Source: an uncultured Bacteroidia bacterium (GTDB lineage: Bacteria; Bacteroidota; Bacteroidia; Bacteroidales; UBA932). Taken from it: DNA of 64,000 nt. Location of the stretch: contig CACYWN010000003.1 of NCBI GenBank assembly GCA_902778105.1, forward strand, positions 23,220-87,219, written 5' to 3'. This document shows, one piece after another, positions 9,737 to 18,496 of the stretch. The position numbers and the translations under genes are program-made. Below the pieces are notes generated by a model. The model did not search any database, had not been told where the DNA came from, and worked only from the letters and a program-made list of their open reading frames with translations. Every line of letters starts with the position of its first letter. Position 1 is the first letter of the stretch.

Positions 9737-11002
9737 ATGAAAACAACGAGATATATCCTGTGTTTGGCCGCTGCGGCCCTGCTCGCGGGCGGCTGCGGGA
9801 AGTTCGTCCGGGACGAACTGATCACGATGCAAAACGAAATAGACCAGCTGCACAAGCAGGTGGCGGACATGAACGAGGCCATGGTCTCCCTCCGGGCCAT
9901 CGTGAACGAGATGGCGGCCGGGGGCTATGTCGTCGAGGTGAAGGAATTCGCCGGCGAGGACGGCCGCGGGGGATACACCCTCGTCTTCAACGACGGCTCG
10001 CTCATGAGCCTGTACAGCGGCGTCGACGGTCGGGACGGCCAGGATGCCGTACCGCCGGTCATCGGCCTGCAGCAGGACGCAGAGGACGGCGAGTGGTACT
10101 GGACCCTGGACGGGGAATGGATCCTCTCTCCGGAAGGGGACCGCTTCAAGGCCGTCGGCGTGGACGGAATCACCCCGCAGCTGGACGTGAGACAGTCGGA
10201 GGACGTGGACGAGATGCATTGGTTCGTGTCCATGGATGACGGCGAAACCTGGGAGGATACCGGTTACAAGGCCAAGGGCGAGGACGCCGTGGAAGTGTTC
10301 TCCGCCATCGAGGTCCTGGACGACCGGGTCGTCCTCACCCTGGCGTCCGACGGCTCCGTCGTGGAACTGCCCCGGACGGGCAAGCTGGCCTTCAACGTGG
10401 AGATGGTTCTGAACCTGGAAGGCGAGGAACAGACGATAGGCGAAGGGGAGACGCTTCCGGTCCGTTACCAACTGGAAGGCGACGTGACGGAGACGACGCT
10501 TCTGGCGGCCGGGACCGACGGCCGTTACAAGACCCGCGTCGAACGGACCTCCGGAACGGAGGGCGTCGTACACGTGACCGCCCCCGATCCCTTCGAGGAA
10601 GGCTACGTATATCTGACGGTCAGTGACGGAAAGGGTTACGCCAAGGTCCGGATGCTCAATTTCCACAAGCGGGTGTTCCTGCTTCCCGCCGGGAGCGAAT
10701 ATGCCGCCCCGGCGGCGGGCACCGTCGTTCCGGTGGATTTCAAGGCCAATTTCAAGCACGTCCTGACCTATTCCGAGGGGGCTTCCGACTGGATCCAGCC
10801 GATGACCACGGAGACCCGGACCGTGTACACGATTTCCGACACGATGGCTTTCAAGGTGGCGGAGAACACCGGAACCGAAACTCGCACGGCCATCATCCAT
10901 ATCCATCCCGAAGAGAATCCGGAATTTGAGGTCGCGACCGTGACCATCGTCCAGGAGGGCAAGCCGGCCGAGGAAGGCTCTGGAACCGGTACCGGCGAAT
11001 AG
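9737..11002 (+). CDS. DUF4988/PL29-N-terminal-like lipoprotein, paralogue of the upstream gene, with BACON-like C-terminus
   Basis: Lipobox AGGC, coiled coil, GVDGRDGQDA, WYWTLDGEW, WFVSMDDGETW, and DWI...F.VAENTG.ETRTA.I. Confidence 0.72.
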   Translation: MKTTRYILCLAAAALLAGGCGKFVRDELITMQNEIDQLHKQVADMNEAMVSLRAIVNEMAAGGYVVEVKEFAGEDGRGGYTLVFNDGSLMSLYSGVDGRDGQDAVPPVIGLQQDAEDGEWYWTLDGEWILSPEGDRFKAVGVDGITPQLDVRQSEDVDEMHWFVSMDDGETWEDTGYKAKGEDAVEVFSAIEVLDDRVVLTLASDGSVVELPRTGKLAFNVEMVLNLEGEEQTIGEGETLPVRYQLEGDVTETTLLAAGTDGRYKTRVERTSGTEGVVHVTAPDPFEEGYVYLTVSDGKGYAKVRMLNFHKRVFLLPAGSEYAAPAAGTVVPVDFKANFKHVLTYSEGASDWIQPMTTETRTVYTISDTMAFKVAENTGTETRTAIIHIHPEENPEFEVATVTIVQEGKPAEEGSGTGTGE

Positions 11003-11014
11003 GGAGGACCGCGT

Positions 11015-11581
11015 ATGAAGAAGTTTTTCCTCACCGGTCTCCTGGGGCTGCTCCTCCCCTTGACCTGCGCCGCCCAGAAGTGGTCGGTCCAGACCAATCT
11101 CCTGGACTGGGCCGCCCTCGGAACTGTCAATGCCGAAGTGGGGATGTCCGTGTCCCAGCACTTCTCCCTGATGGTCGGCGGACGCTACAACCCCTGGGAA
11201 TTCCAGACCCACGACCCCGACGCCATCGTCCGGAACCAGCAGCAGACGGCCTATCTGGGCGTCCGCTATTGGCCCTGGTACGTGAACTCCGGCTTCTGGA
11301 TTTCCGCCAAGGCGCAGTACATGCGCTCCTTTTCCCATACCGGCCTCTGGCGTGCCGCCCTCCAGGAGGGCAAGAACGGATTCGGCGGAGCACTTGCCGC
11401 CGGTTATACGTTCATGCTGTCAAAGCATTTCAACCTGGAAGCCGGCATCGGCGGCTGGGCCGGGGTGTTCCAGGAATACGGTTTCTACAGCAGCCCCGAA
11501 AAACTGTTCATCCGGGAAGCAGGCCGGAAGACGTTCGTCTACCCGGACCAGATCTCCCTCAGCCTCGTTTACATTTTCTAG
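11015..11581 (+). CDS. DUF3575-family small outer-membrane beta-barrel
   Basis: Signal peptide. Motifs TNLLDWA.LGT.N, YNPW, RYW and FNLEAGIG. C-terminal YIF. Confidence 0.85.
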   Translation: MKKFFLTGLLGLLLPLTCAAQKWSVQTNLLDWAALGTVNAEVGMSVSQHFSLMVGGRYNPWEFQTHDPDAIVRNQQQTAYLGVRYWPWYVNSGFWISAKAQYMRSFSHTGLWRAALQEGKNGFGGALAAGYTFMLSKHFNLEAGIGGWAGVFQEYGFYSSPEKLFIREAGRKTFVYPDQISLSLVYIF

Positions 11582-13558
11582 ATGAAGACCAAGACCGTAC
11601 TCATAGCGGGGCTCCTGACCGTCCTCGCCCTCGCGTTTTCCTGCAGTTCGCAGCGGAAACTGGCCGCCATCAAGAGCGGTGACCCCGCGGCTACCCTCGC
11701 CCTGGGGAAAGACGTGTACATCCCGGAAGTGAAAGAGGCGAAAACCCTTCGGGACACACTTCGGATCAAGGATGACGATGGCCGTGAACTGATGCTCATG
11801 AAGGCCATCCGGGATGAGGAGACGGGCGACATGGTCGCTACAGAGACCCTGGACGCCGCCAAGGTGACCGCCCGCTTCCGAAACATCGCGGAACGGCACG
11901 GCAAAGTGGACCTCGCTTTCCAGATCATCGTCCCCGGTGCCATGCAGGACAGCAAGTGGCAGCTCCGTTTCTATCCCGACATGTACATGCTGGGCGACGT
12001 GGAGCGCCTGGAGCCGGTCATCATTACCGGCAACGCATACCGGAAGGCCCAGCTGCGCGGTTATCAGCAGTATGAGCGTTTCGTTTCCCGCATCATCTCG
12101 GACACCACGCGGTTCATCAACGTACGGGCGCTTGAAATCTTCCTCCGTCGCAACATCCCGCAGCTCTACGCCTTCAAGACAGATAGCACCTATGTGACTG
12201 ATGAACAGTTCTATACGATGTATGGTGTGTCCGAACAGGAGGCCATCGAGCACTATACGAACAAGATTGCCCGGAACCTCAACGAACGACGCAGGCGCCG
12301 GATGGACGAGATGTACCGGAAGTATGTGCGGGTCCCGATCGTCACCGAAGGCATCCGCCTGGATACCGTGATGGTGGGGAAGAACGGCGACTTCATCTAC
12401 AACTATGTCCAGACCATCGCCACCCGGCCGCGCCTGCGGAAGGTGGACATCGTCCTGTCGGGCGATATCTACGAGTCGGACAAGAAATTGTACGGGATTC
12501 CCGAGAGTTCTCCACTTACCTTCTATATCAGCTCGGTTTCCGGCCTGGCCGACCGGACGGAGCATTACGTGGAGAAGGTGATCGAACGCCACGCCGACGC
12601 ATCCACAACCAGCCGGATCGACTTCCGGGTGGGCAGGAGCAACATCGACCTGGACCTGGGGGACAACCGCCGGGAACTGGGCCGGATCCGCCGCACACTG
12701 TCGTCCTTGCTGGAGAACGATACCTACCTGCTGGATTCCATCATCGTCACGGCTTCGGCTTCGCCGGATGGCCGCGAAAGCCTTAACTGGAAGCTTTCCC
12801 GTTCCCGTAGCGAGTCCATTTCCCGCTACCTGGACGAACAGATCAAGGTCCTGCAGGATTCCCTGGACCGCCGCAACGGCTTCCTGTATGACGAGGCCGG
12901 CCGCCGGATCCGACCGGTGCATGTCCGCATCCCGTTCGTGAGCCGCTACAAGGGTGAGAACTGGGACCGCCTGGATGTACTGGTGGACGAGGACGACTAC
13001 CTGACCGAGGGTGACAAGTCCTGCTACGAACTCCTGGCCCGCGTGCCCGACCTGGACGGCCGCGACGCCCTGCTGGGCCGCGAACGTTTCTATCCCTATC
13101 TCCGGGACCACCTGTATCCGAGGCTCCGCACCGTGGCCTTCGACTTCCACCTGCACCGCAAGGACATGGTCAAGGATACCATCCATACGACCGTCCTCGA
13201 TTCCACCTACATGCGGGGTGTCCGGGCGCTGGTCAACATGGATTACGATGCGGCATTGGCGCTCCTGCGGCCGTACAACGATTACAACACGGCCATCGCC
13301 TACATGGGCCTGGACCGCAACCAGAGTGCGATGTCCATCCTGTCCGGCCTCAAGCCCACCGCCTCGGTGAACTACCTGCTGGCCATCCTGTACGCCCGGC
13401 AGGGCGACGAGCAGGAAGCCGTGTCCCGTTACCTCACCGCTTGCCGCCAGGAACCCTCCTACGTCCACCGCGGCAATCTGGATCCGGAAATCTCCCGGTT
13501 GATCAAAGCGTATAAACTGAATGGCTATGACGGGGAAGATGTGCCTCCGGCGGAATGA
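11582..13558 (+). CDS. Lipoprotein with OmpA-like (DUF3868-associated type) domain and C-terminal TPR
   Basis: Lipobox FSC. IDFRVGRS.ID..LGDN.REL...ASASPDG..N..LS..RS. TPR-like tail (NYLLAILYARQG). Confidence 0.7.
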   Translation: MKTKTVLIAGLLTVLALAFSCSSQRKLAAIKSGDPAATLALGKDVYIPEVKEAKTLRDTLRIKDDDGRELMLMKAIRDEETGDMVATETLDAAKVTARFRNIAERHGKVDLAFQIIVPGAMQDSKWQLRFYPDMYMLGDVERLEPVIITGNAYRKAQLRGYQQYERFVSRIISDTTRFINVRALEIFLRRNIPQLYAFKTDSTYVTDEQFYTMYGVSEQEAIEHYTNKIARNLNERRRRRMDEMYRKYVRVPIVTEGIRLDTVMVGKNGDFIYNYVQTIATRPRLRKVDIVLSGDIYESDKKLYGIPESSPLTFYISSVSGLADRTEHYVEKVIERHADASTTSRIDFRVGRSNIDLDLGDNRRELGRIRRTLSSLLENDTYLLDSIIVTASASPDGRESLNWKLSRSRSESISRYLDEQIKVLQDSLDRRNGFLYDEAGRRIRPVHVRIPFVSRYKGENWDRLDVLVDEDDYLTEGDKSCYELLARVPDLDGRDALLGRERFYPYLRDHLYPRLRTVAFDFHLHRKDMVKDTIHTTVLDSTYMRGVRALVNMDYDAALALLRPYNDYNTAIAYMGLDRNQSAMSILSGLKPTASVNYLLAILYARQGDEQEAVSRYLTACRQEPSYVHRGNLDPEISRLIKAYKLNGYDGEDVPPAE

Positions 13559-13579
13559 TTGTAAGATAACTGAAACAAA

Positions 13580-14971
13580 ATGAAAATTAAAGGTTTAGCC
13601 AGTATCGCGGCCGTGCTGTGCCTGTTTTCCGGAACGGTTCCGGGGAATGCACAACGGGTCTATTTCTCCACGGAAGAACTTCCCGACCTTATCCAGTGCC
13701 TGCCGGCGCCGCCGGACTCCCTGTCACAGGGATTCACCTACGATATCCTGCGTTATCTCTGGGGCAAGACCCAGCGTCGGGATTCCGTCCGGGCGGATAT
13801 CGCACGCCGGGATGCGGTCTGGACCTATGAGGCGCTGCTCGGAGAATTCAGCGCTCCGTTCGGCCTGGCGGTTTCCCGGGAGGGGACGCCGGCCATCTGG
13901 GCGTTGATGACCAACAGTCTTGCGACGACCGACCAGATGCGGGTCGCTCCGAAGGCCTATTACCACCGCAGGCGCCCCTTCGAGGTGTTCAACGAGCCGA
14001 TGTTGACTGGCGAGGAAGATGGTTTGCGCGGTGAGGGCAGTTATCCCTCCGGCCATACGATGCGCGGATGGACCGCCGCCCTGCTCCTTGCGGAGATCAA
14101 CCCCGCCGCTGCGGACGCACTTTTCGCCCGTGCATGGATGTACGGCGAGAGCCGTGTCATCGCCGGAGCCCACTGGCAGAGTGACGTGGATGCGACCCGG
14201 ACGGCGGCCAGCATCGGCTATTCCCGCCTGCAGACCAGTCCCCGCTTCCGGGCCGACATGGCTGCCGCGCAGGAGGAATTCCGGCGCCTGACGTTGACTT
14301 CCGGCCAGCAGGGCCGGGAGCATTTCGTGCTGCTGACCGAGGCGGTCCCCGATGCCATCCTGGAGATCCGCTATTACAGCACGTACAATTTCGTAGGAGA
14401 CCGGGTCGATGGCTATCTGGCCCCGACAGCCCTGCTCACCCGCGCGGCCGCGGACAGCCTCCGGGCCGTAAGCGACGACGTGATGCGCCTGGGGTACCGT
14501 CTCAAAATCTATGATGCCTACCGGCCGCAGGAGGCCGTAGACCATTTCGTCCGTTGGGCGGCTGATGGGAAGGATACCCGGATGAAAACGTACTTCTATC
14601 CCGACCTGCGCAAGCAGGTGCTTTTCAAGCAGGGGTACATCGCGGAGAAAAGCGGCCATACACGGGGCTCTACCGTGGATTTGACCCTTTTCGACATGGC
14701 CACGGAAAAGGAAGTGGACATGGGCGGCACCTTCGACTGGTTCGGTCCGGAAAGCCATCCGGACTTCTGCGGCAATCCCGAGACCGGGGTTTATGACGCC
14801 AAGGCGGGGGCAAGGCGTCGCGGCCTGACGGAGCAGCAGTTCCGCAACCGGATGATTCTTCGCGAAGCGATGCTCCGCCACGGTTTCCGGCCGATCGACG
14901 AAGAGTGGTGGCACTTTACCCTGAAGGACGAGCCTTTCCCGGATACCTATTTCACCTTCCCGGTCTATTGA
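13580..14971 (+). CDS. Secreted PAP2 acid phosphatase fused to M15/VanX-type D-Ala-D-Ala dipeptidase
   Basis: PAP2 motifs K..YHRRRP, SYPSGH and SRVIAGAHWQSD. M15 motifs YDAYRP, SGHTRG..VD and EWWHF. Confidence 0.88.
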   Translation: MKIKGLASIAAVLCLFSGTVPGNAQRVYFSTEELPDLIQCLPAPPDSLSQGFTYDILRYLWGKTQRRDSVRADIARRDAVWTYEALLGEFSAPFGLAVSREGTPAIWALMTNSLATTDQMRVAPKAYYHRRRPFEVFNEPMLTGEEDGLRGEGSYPSGHTMRGWTAALLLAEINPAAADALFARAWMYGESRVIAGAHWQSDVDATRTAASIGYSRLQTSPRFRADMAAAQEEFRRLTLTSGQQGREHFVLLTEAVPDAILEIRYYSTYNFVGDRVDGYLAPTALLTRAAADSLRAVSDDVMRLGYRLKIYDAYRPQEAVDHFVRWAADGKDTRMKTYFYPDLRKQVLFKQGYIAEKSGHTRGSTVDLTLFDMATEKEVDMGGTFDWFGPESHPDFCGNPETGVYDAKAGARRRGLTEQQFRNRMILREAMLRHGFRPIDEEWWHFTLKDEPFPDTYFTFPVY

Positions 14972-17199
14972 CGGACAAAAACGGGAATCGTTCCCAGGTC
15001 CGCATCCGTCTCCACATACCGGCCCCCTTCATACGTCTGACCTGTCCAGAAATCCTTCCAGCCGCCTTCGGTGGCGGGGAGATAGGTGCGCCACGACGTG
15101 ACGCCGGGGGCGGTGACGGGATGCACGAGATAGTCCGGACCGAACATGAATCCGTCGTCCTGCCGCAGGGCTTCCGGATCGTCCGGGAAGTCGAAGACCA
15201 AAGGGCGCATCATCGTATACCCTTCTTTCGAAACGCGTTGGGCGCATTCCAGGATGTAGGGCTGCAGCTGCTTCCTCAGATGCAGGTATCTGGCGATGAT
15301 CTCCTGCGTCTGAGGCGCGTAGTGCCAGGGCTCCGTATCGCTCATGTAACCGTGGACGCGCATGAAGGGCAGGAAAGTGGCCGTCTGGATCCATCGGACC
15401 AGCCTTTCCTGGTATTCGGCCGAGGTGTACTGGTCGCCCGGACGGAAGAAACCGCCTGCATCGAAGGTCCACCAGGGAAGGCCGGCCGCCATCTGGCCAA
15501 GCCCGCCGGCAATCTGCCGCCGGAGGGTGCCGAAGTCATTCCCCACGTCGCCCGACCAGGTGACGACGCCGAACCGCTGCGCTCCCGGGAAAGCGCTCCG
15601 GGTCAGGATGACAGGAACCTGGGAGGTCCCTGAGCCCTGCCGAAGGGCCTCATACATCGTCCGGTTGACCATCAGGGGATAGACGTTGCGGAACCACTCG
15701 CCGGGAACCTTGTCCTGGCCGATGCGCCGGCCGGCGAGGTCGTCGTTCTCCGGCTCCGTGGCGTCGAACCACCAGGCGTCGATCCCGAAGGGGGCGGCCA
15801 GGCTGTCCCGGAAACTCCGGGCATAGAAGGCCGCGGCATCCGGATCGAAGAAGTCGATCCAGTCCGTCCCGTCGATGTAGCAGCCGCGCTCTTCCAGCCG
15901 CTTCCCGAGGGCCGAGGCCCTGTCCACCTTGGACCAGACGGAGATCATGAACCGGGTGCCCAATGCGTGCAAGGAGTCCGTAAGGGCCTTGGGATCAGGA
16001 TAGTTCTCCGGGTCGAACTCCATCGAGTTCCAGCCGGTGGGCCCCCACCACTGCCAGTCCTGGACGATGACGTCCAGCGGCAGGCCGCGGGCCTTGAATT
16101 CCCGGGCATTCTCGAGGATTTCCGCCTGCGAGTGATACCTTTCGCGGCAATGGATATAGCCGAACATCCAGTCCGGCATCTCGGGAACAGGTCCCGTCAG
16201 GGTGCGGTATGCCCCGATGGCCGCATCGGCCCTTCCGGCGAAGACCGTGTAGTCCAGGGCGGCGGCTACGGGGGAGGAGAAAGTGGTGGAGCTGTCCACC
16301 TTCCGCCAGTAAAGGACAGGAGCATCGCCTCGCACGCCCTCCACCGTGATTTCATGCGTCCCGGCCGGGAAGGTTCCCAGGGCCGATGCCGTGGGCGGCA
16401 GCCACGTGTTGGCAATGTCCACCAGGGGCTTTCCGTCGATGGCGAGATAGTGCCGCCGCGCCATTTTCTGGCCCACGTCCAGCAGCAGGGCGTAAGTCCC
16501 TTCTTCGGGGAGGTCGACGCTGCCGTGGAACTCCTTGAACATCCGCCGTTCCTGCCGGTTGCCGGAAGTCCCGGTGGCATTGACCGTTTCGGTGCGGCCG
16601 TCCCCGTCGTCCGCGACCAGTGGGACAGACTGGTCCGCCGGATTGAAGTCCGTGAGGCCGTAATTGTTCCAAAGCAGGCCGTAACCCTTGTTGGACAGGA
16701 TGAACGGAAGGGCGATCTGGGTGTTCACCTGCGTGAGCCGGCGTGTGACGCCCCGGATGTTCAGGAATCCGTCCTGAAACTGGCCGGTCCCGAAGAGGAA
16801 CTCGTCCTCCGGGGACAGGAAGCGCTGGGCGGCGGCATAGGCGGGTTCGCCCTGAACGGTCGTTTTCTCCAGCCTGTGCCCAGCCTCCTGAAGAAGGACT
16901 TTGCCGTCAGCATCGAAAAAGGTCAGGTTCCCGTTCTCGTACCGGGCCGACATCCTTTCCGTCTGCACTTCCACGATTCCGTCCCTGCGTGTGACGGAAA
17001 ACTTGGGAGCGGGTATGTCCTCCGTGTATACCAGTTCGGGGAGCGGCTTGTAATCAGCAGGTTCCAATCTGACACGGATGGCATTGTCCAGCAGGGGCTG
17101 CAGGACCAGGACGCCATCTTCGACGGGGATGCGGACGTCCTTGGGAGTGCATCCCGCCAGCAGCAGGATGCCGGCGAGCAGGACAGCGATTCTTTTCAT
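14965..17199 (-). CDS. GH31 glycoside hydrolase (alpha-xylosidase/glucosidase-like) lipoprotein
   Basis: Lipobox LAGC. Motifs IVQDWQWW, WWFDATEPE, WSGD and MRVHG. Confidence 0.9.
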   Translation of the reverse strand: MKRIAVLLAGILLLAGCTPKDVRIPVEDGVLVLQPLLDNAIRVRLEPADYKPLPELVYTEDIPAPKFSVTRRDGIVEVQTERMSARYENGNLTFFDADGKVLLQEAGHRLEKTTVQGEPAYAAAQRFLSPEDEFLFGTGQFQDGFLNIRGVTRRLTQVNTQIALPFILSNKGYGLLWNNYGLTDFNPADQSVPLVADDGDGRTETVNATGTSGNRQERRMFKEFHGSVDLPEEGTYALLLDVGQKMARRHYLAIDGKPLVDIANTWLPPTASALGTFPAGTHEITVEGVRGDAPVLYWRKVDSSTTFSSPVAAALDYTVFAGRADAAIGAYRTLTGPVPEMPDWMFGYIHCRERYHSQAEILENAREFKARGLPLDVIVQDWQWWGPTGWNSMEFDPENYPDPKALTDSLHALGTRFMISVWSKVDRASALGKRLEERGCYIDGTDWIDFFDPDAAAFYARSFRDSLAAPFGIDAWWFDATEPENDDLAGRRIGQDKVPGEWFRNVYPLMVNRTMYEALRQGSGTSQVPVILTRSAFPGAQRFGVVTWSGDVGNDFGTLRRQIAGGLGQMAAGLPWWTFDAGGFFRPGDQYTSAEYQERLVRWIQTATFLPFMRVHGYMSDTEPWHYAPQTQEIIARYLHLRKQLQPYILECAQRVSKEGYTMMRPLVFDFPDDPEALRQDDGFMFGPDYLVHPVTAPGVTSWRTYLPATEGGWKDFWTGQTYEGGRYVETDADLGTIPVFVRQ

Positions 17200-17275
17200 A
17201 AATGGTTTGACGTTTTTACAAAGATACGATTTTGTCCTTTCATTTCTTCCCCGTTTTTGCTACTTTTGTTTTTCT

Positions 17276-18496
17276 ATGAGCAAGGTATCAAATCTCCTGA
17301 AGAAGTGGACCGGGATGAGCCTCGTGGTGAGGATCCTCATCGGCCTCGTGATCGGTGCCATTCTGGGGCTGGTGTGCCCCGGCTGGACGGCAGTCGCCAT
17401 TCTCGGCAAGGTGTTCGTCAGCGCCCTCAAGGCCATCGCGCCGATCCTGGTGGCCCTGCTGGTGGCCTCGTCCATCGCCAAGGCGAAGGGCGGGCTGGGG
17501 GCCCGGTTCCGGACCGTCATTTTCCTGTATTTGGTTTCCACGCTGTGTGCTGCGGTTTTCGCGGTGCTGGCGAGTTTCCTGTTCCCGGTAACGATTACGC
17601 TGCAAGGGTCGGAAGGGGAGACCGCTGCGCCGGGAGGCCTGGCCGATGTGTTCCAGACACTGCTCACCAACATGGTGATGAATCCCGTCCAGGCACTGGC
17701 ACAGGCCAACTACATCGGCATCCTGTTCTGGGCCATCATCCTGGGATTTGCCTTGAAGTTGCTGGCTTCCGAGGGCACAGTCCGCGTGGTGAGCGACCTG
17801 GCCGATGCCGTATCCCAGATCGTGCGCTGGGTCATCCAGTTCGCGCCATTCGGTATCCTGGGCCTCGTGTTCTCTTCCGTCTCGGAAAGCGGTCTGGATA
17901 TTTTCGTCCAGTATGGCAAGCTGATCCTCCTGCTGGTGGGGTGCATGTGCTGCACGGCATTCATCGTGAATCCGTTCATCGCCTGGCTGCATATCCGCGA
18001 GAATCCGTATCCGCTGTATTGGAAGTGCCTGAAGGAGAGTGGGGTGAATGCTTTCTTCACCCGTTCCTCCGCGGCGAATATCCCCATCAACATGGACCTT
18101 TGCAAGCGGCTTGGCCTGGATGAGGAGTTCTACTCCGTGAGCATCCCGCTTGGATCCACCATCAACATGAACGGCGCGGCAGTGACCATCACGGTCCTGT
18201 CCCTCGGAGTTGCCCATACCGTGGGTGTCGAGGTGAGTTTCGCATCGGCCCTGTTCCTCTCCATCATCGCGACCCTCGGTGCCTGCGGCGCCTCGGGGGT
18301 GGCCGGCGGCTCCCTCCTGCTGGTACCGATGGCCTGTTCGTTCTTCGGCATCGGCAATGACGTTGCGATGCAGGCGGTGGCCGTGGGCTTCATCATCGGC
18401 GTGGTCCAGGATTCCGTGGAGACGGCCCTGAATTCCTCGAGCGACGCATTCTTCACCGCTGTGGCGGAGTTCCATGACAGAAGGAAGAAACAATGA
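17276..18496 (+). CDS. sstT: Serine/threonine:Na+ symporter
   Basis: Motifs ALKAIAPILV, AFFTRSSAANIP, GASGVAGGSLLL and ETALNSS. Start placed after TACTTTTG at 17261-17268. Confidence 0.93.
   Translation: MSKVSNLLKKWTGMSLVVRILIGLVIGAILGLVCPGWTAVAILGKVFVSALKAIAPILVALLVASSIAKAKGGLGARFRTVIFLYLVSTLCAAVFAVLASFLFPVTITLQGSEGETAAPGGLADVFQTLLTNMVMNPVQALAQANYIGILFWAIILGFALKLLASEGTVRVVSDLADAVSQIVRWVIQFAPFGILGLVFSSVSESGLDIFVQYGKLILLLVGCMCCTAFIVNPFIAWLHIRENPYPLYWKCLKESGVNAFFTRSSAANIPINMDLCKRLGLDEEFYSVSIPLGSTINMNGAAVTITVLSLGVAHTVGVEVSFASALFLSIIATLGACGASGVAGGSLLLVPMACSFFGIGNDVAMQAVAVGFIIGVVQDSVETALNSSSDAFFTAVAEFHDRRKKQ

Noticed and set aside
13580-14971. Vancomycin-resistance cluster
   Set aside because: The VanX-like domain is alone with no vanA/vanH/vanRS. 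M15 dipeptidases are common housekeeping enzymes in Gram-negatives.
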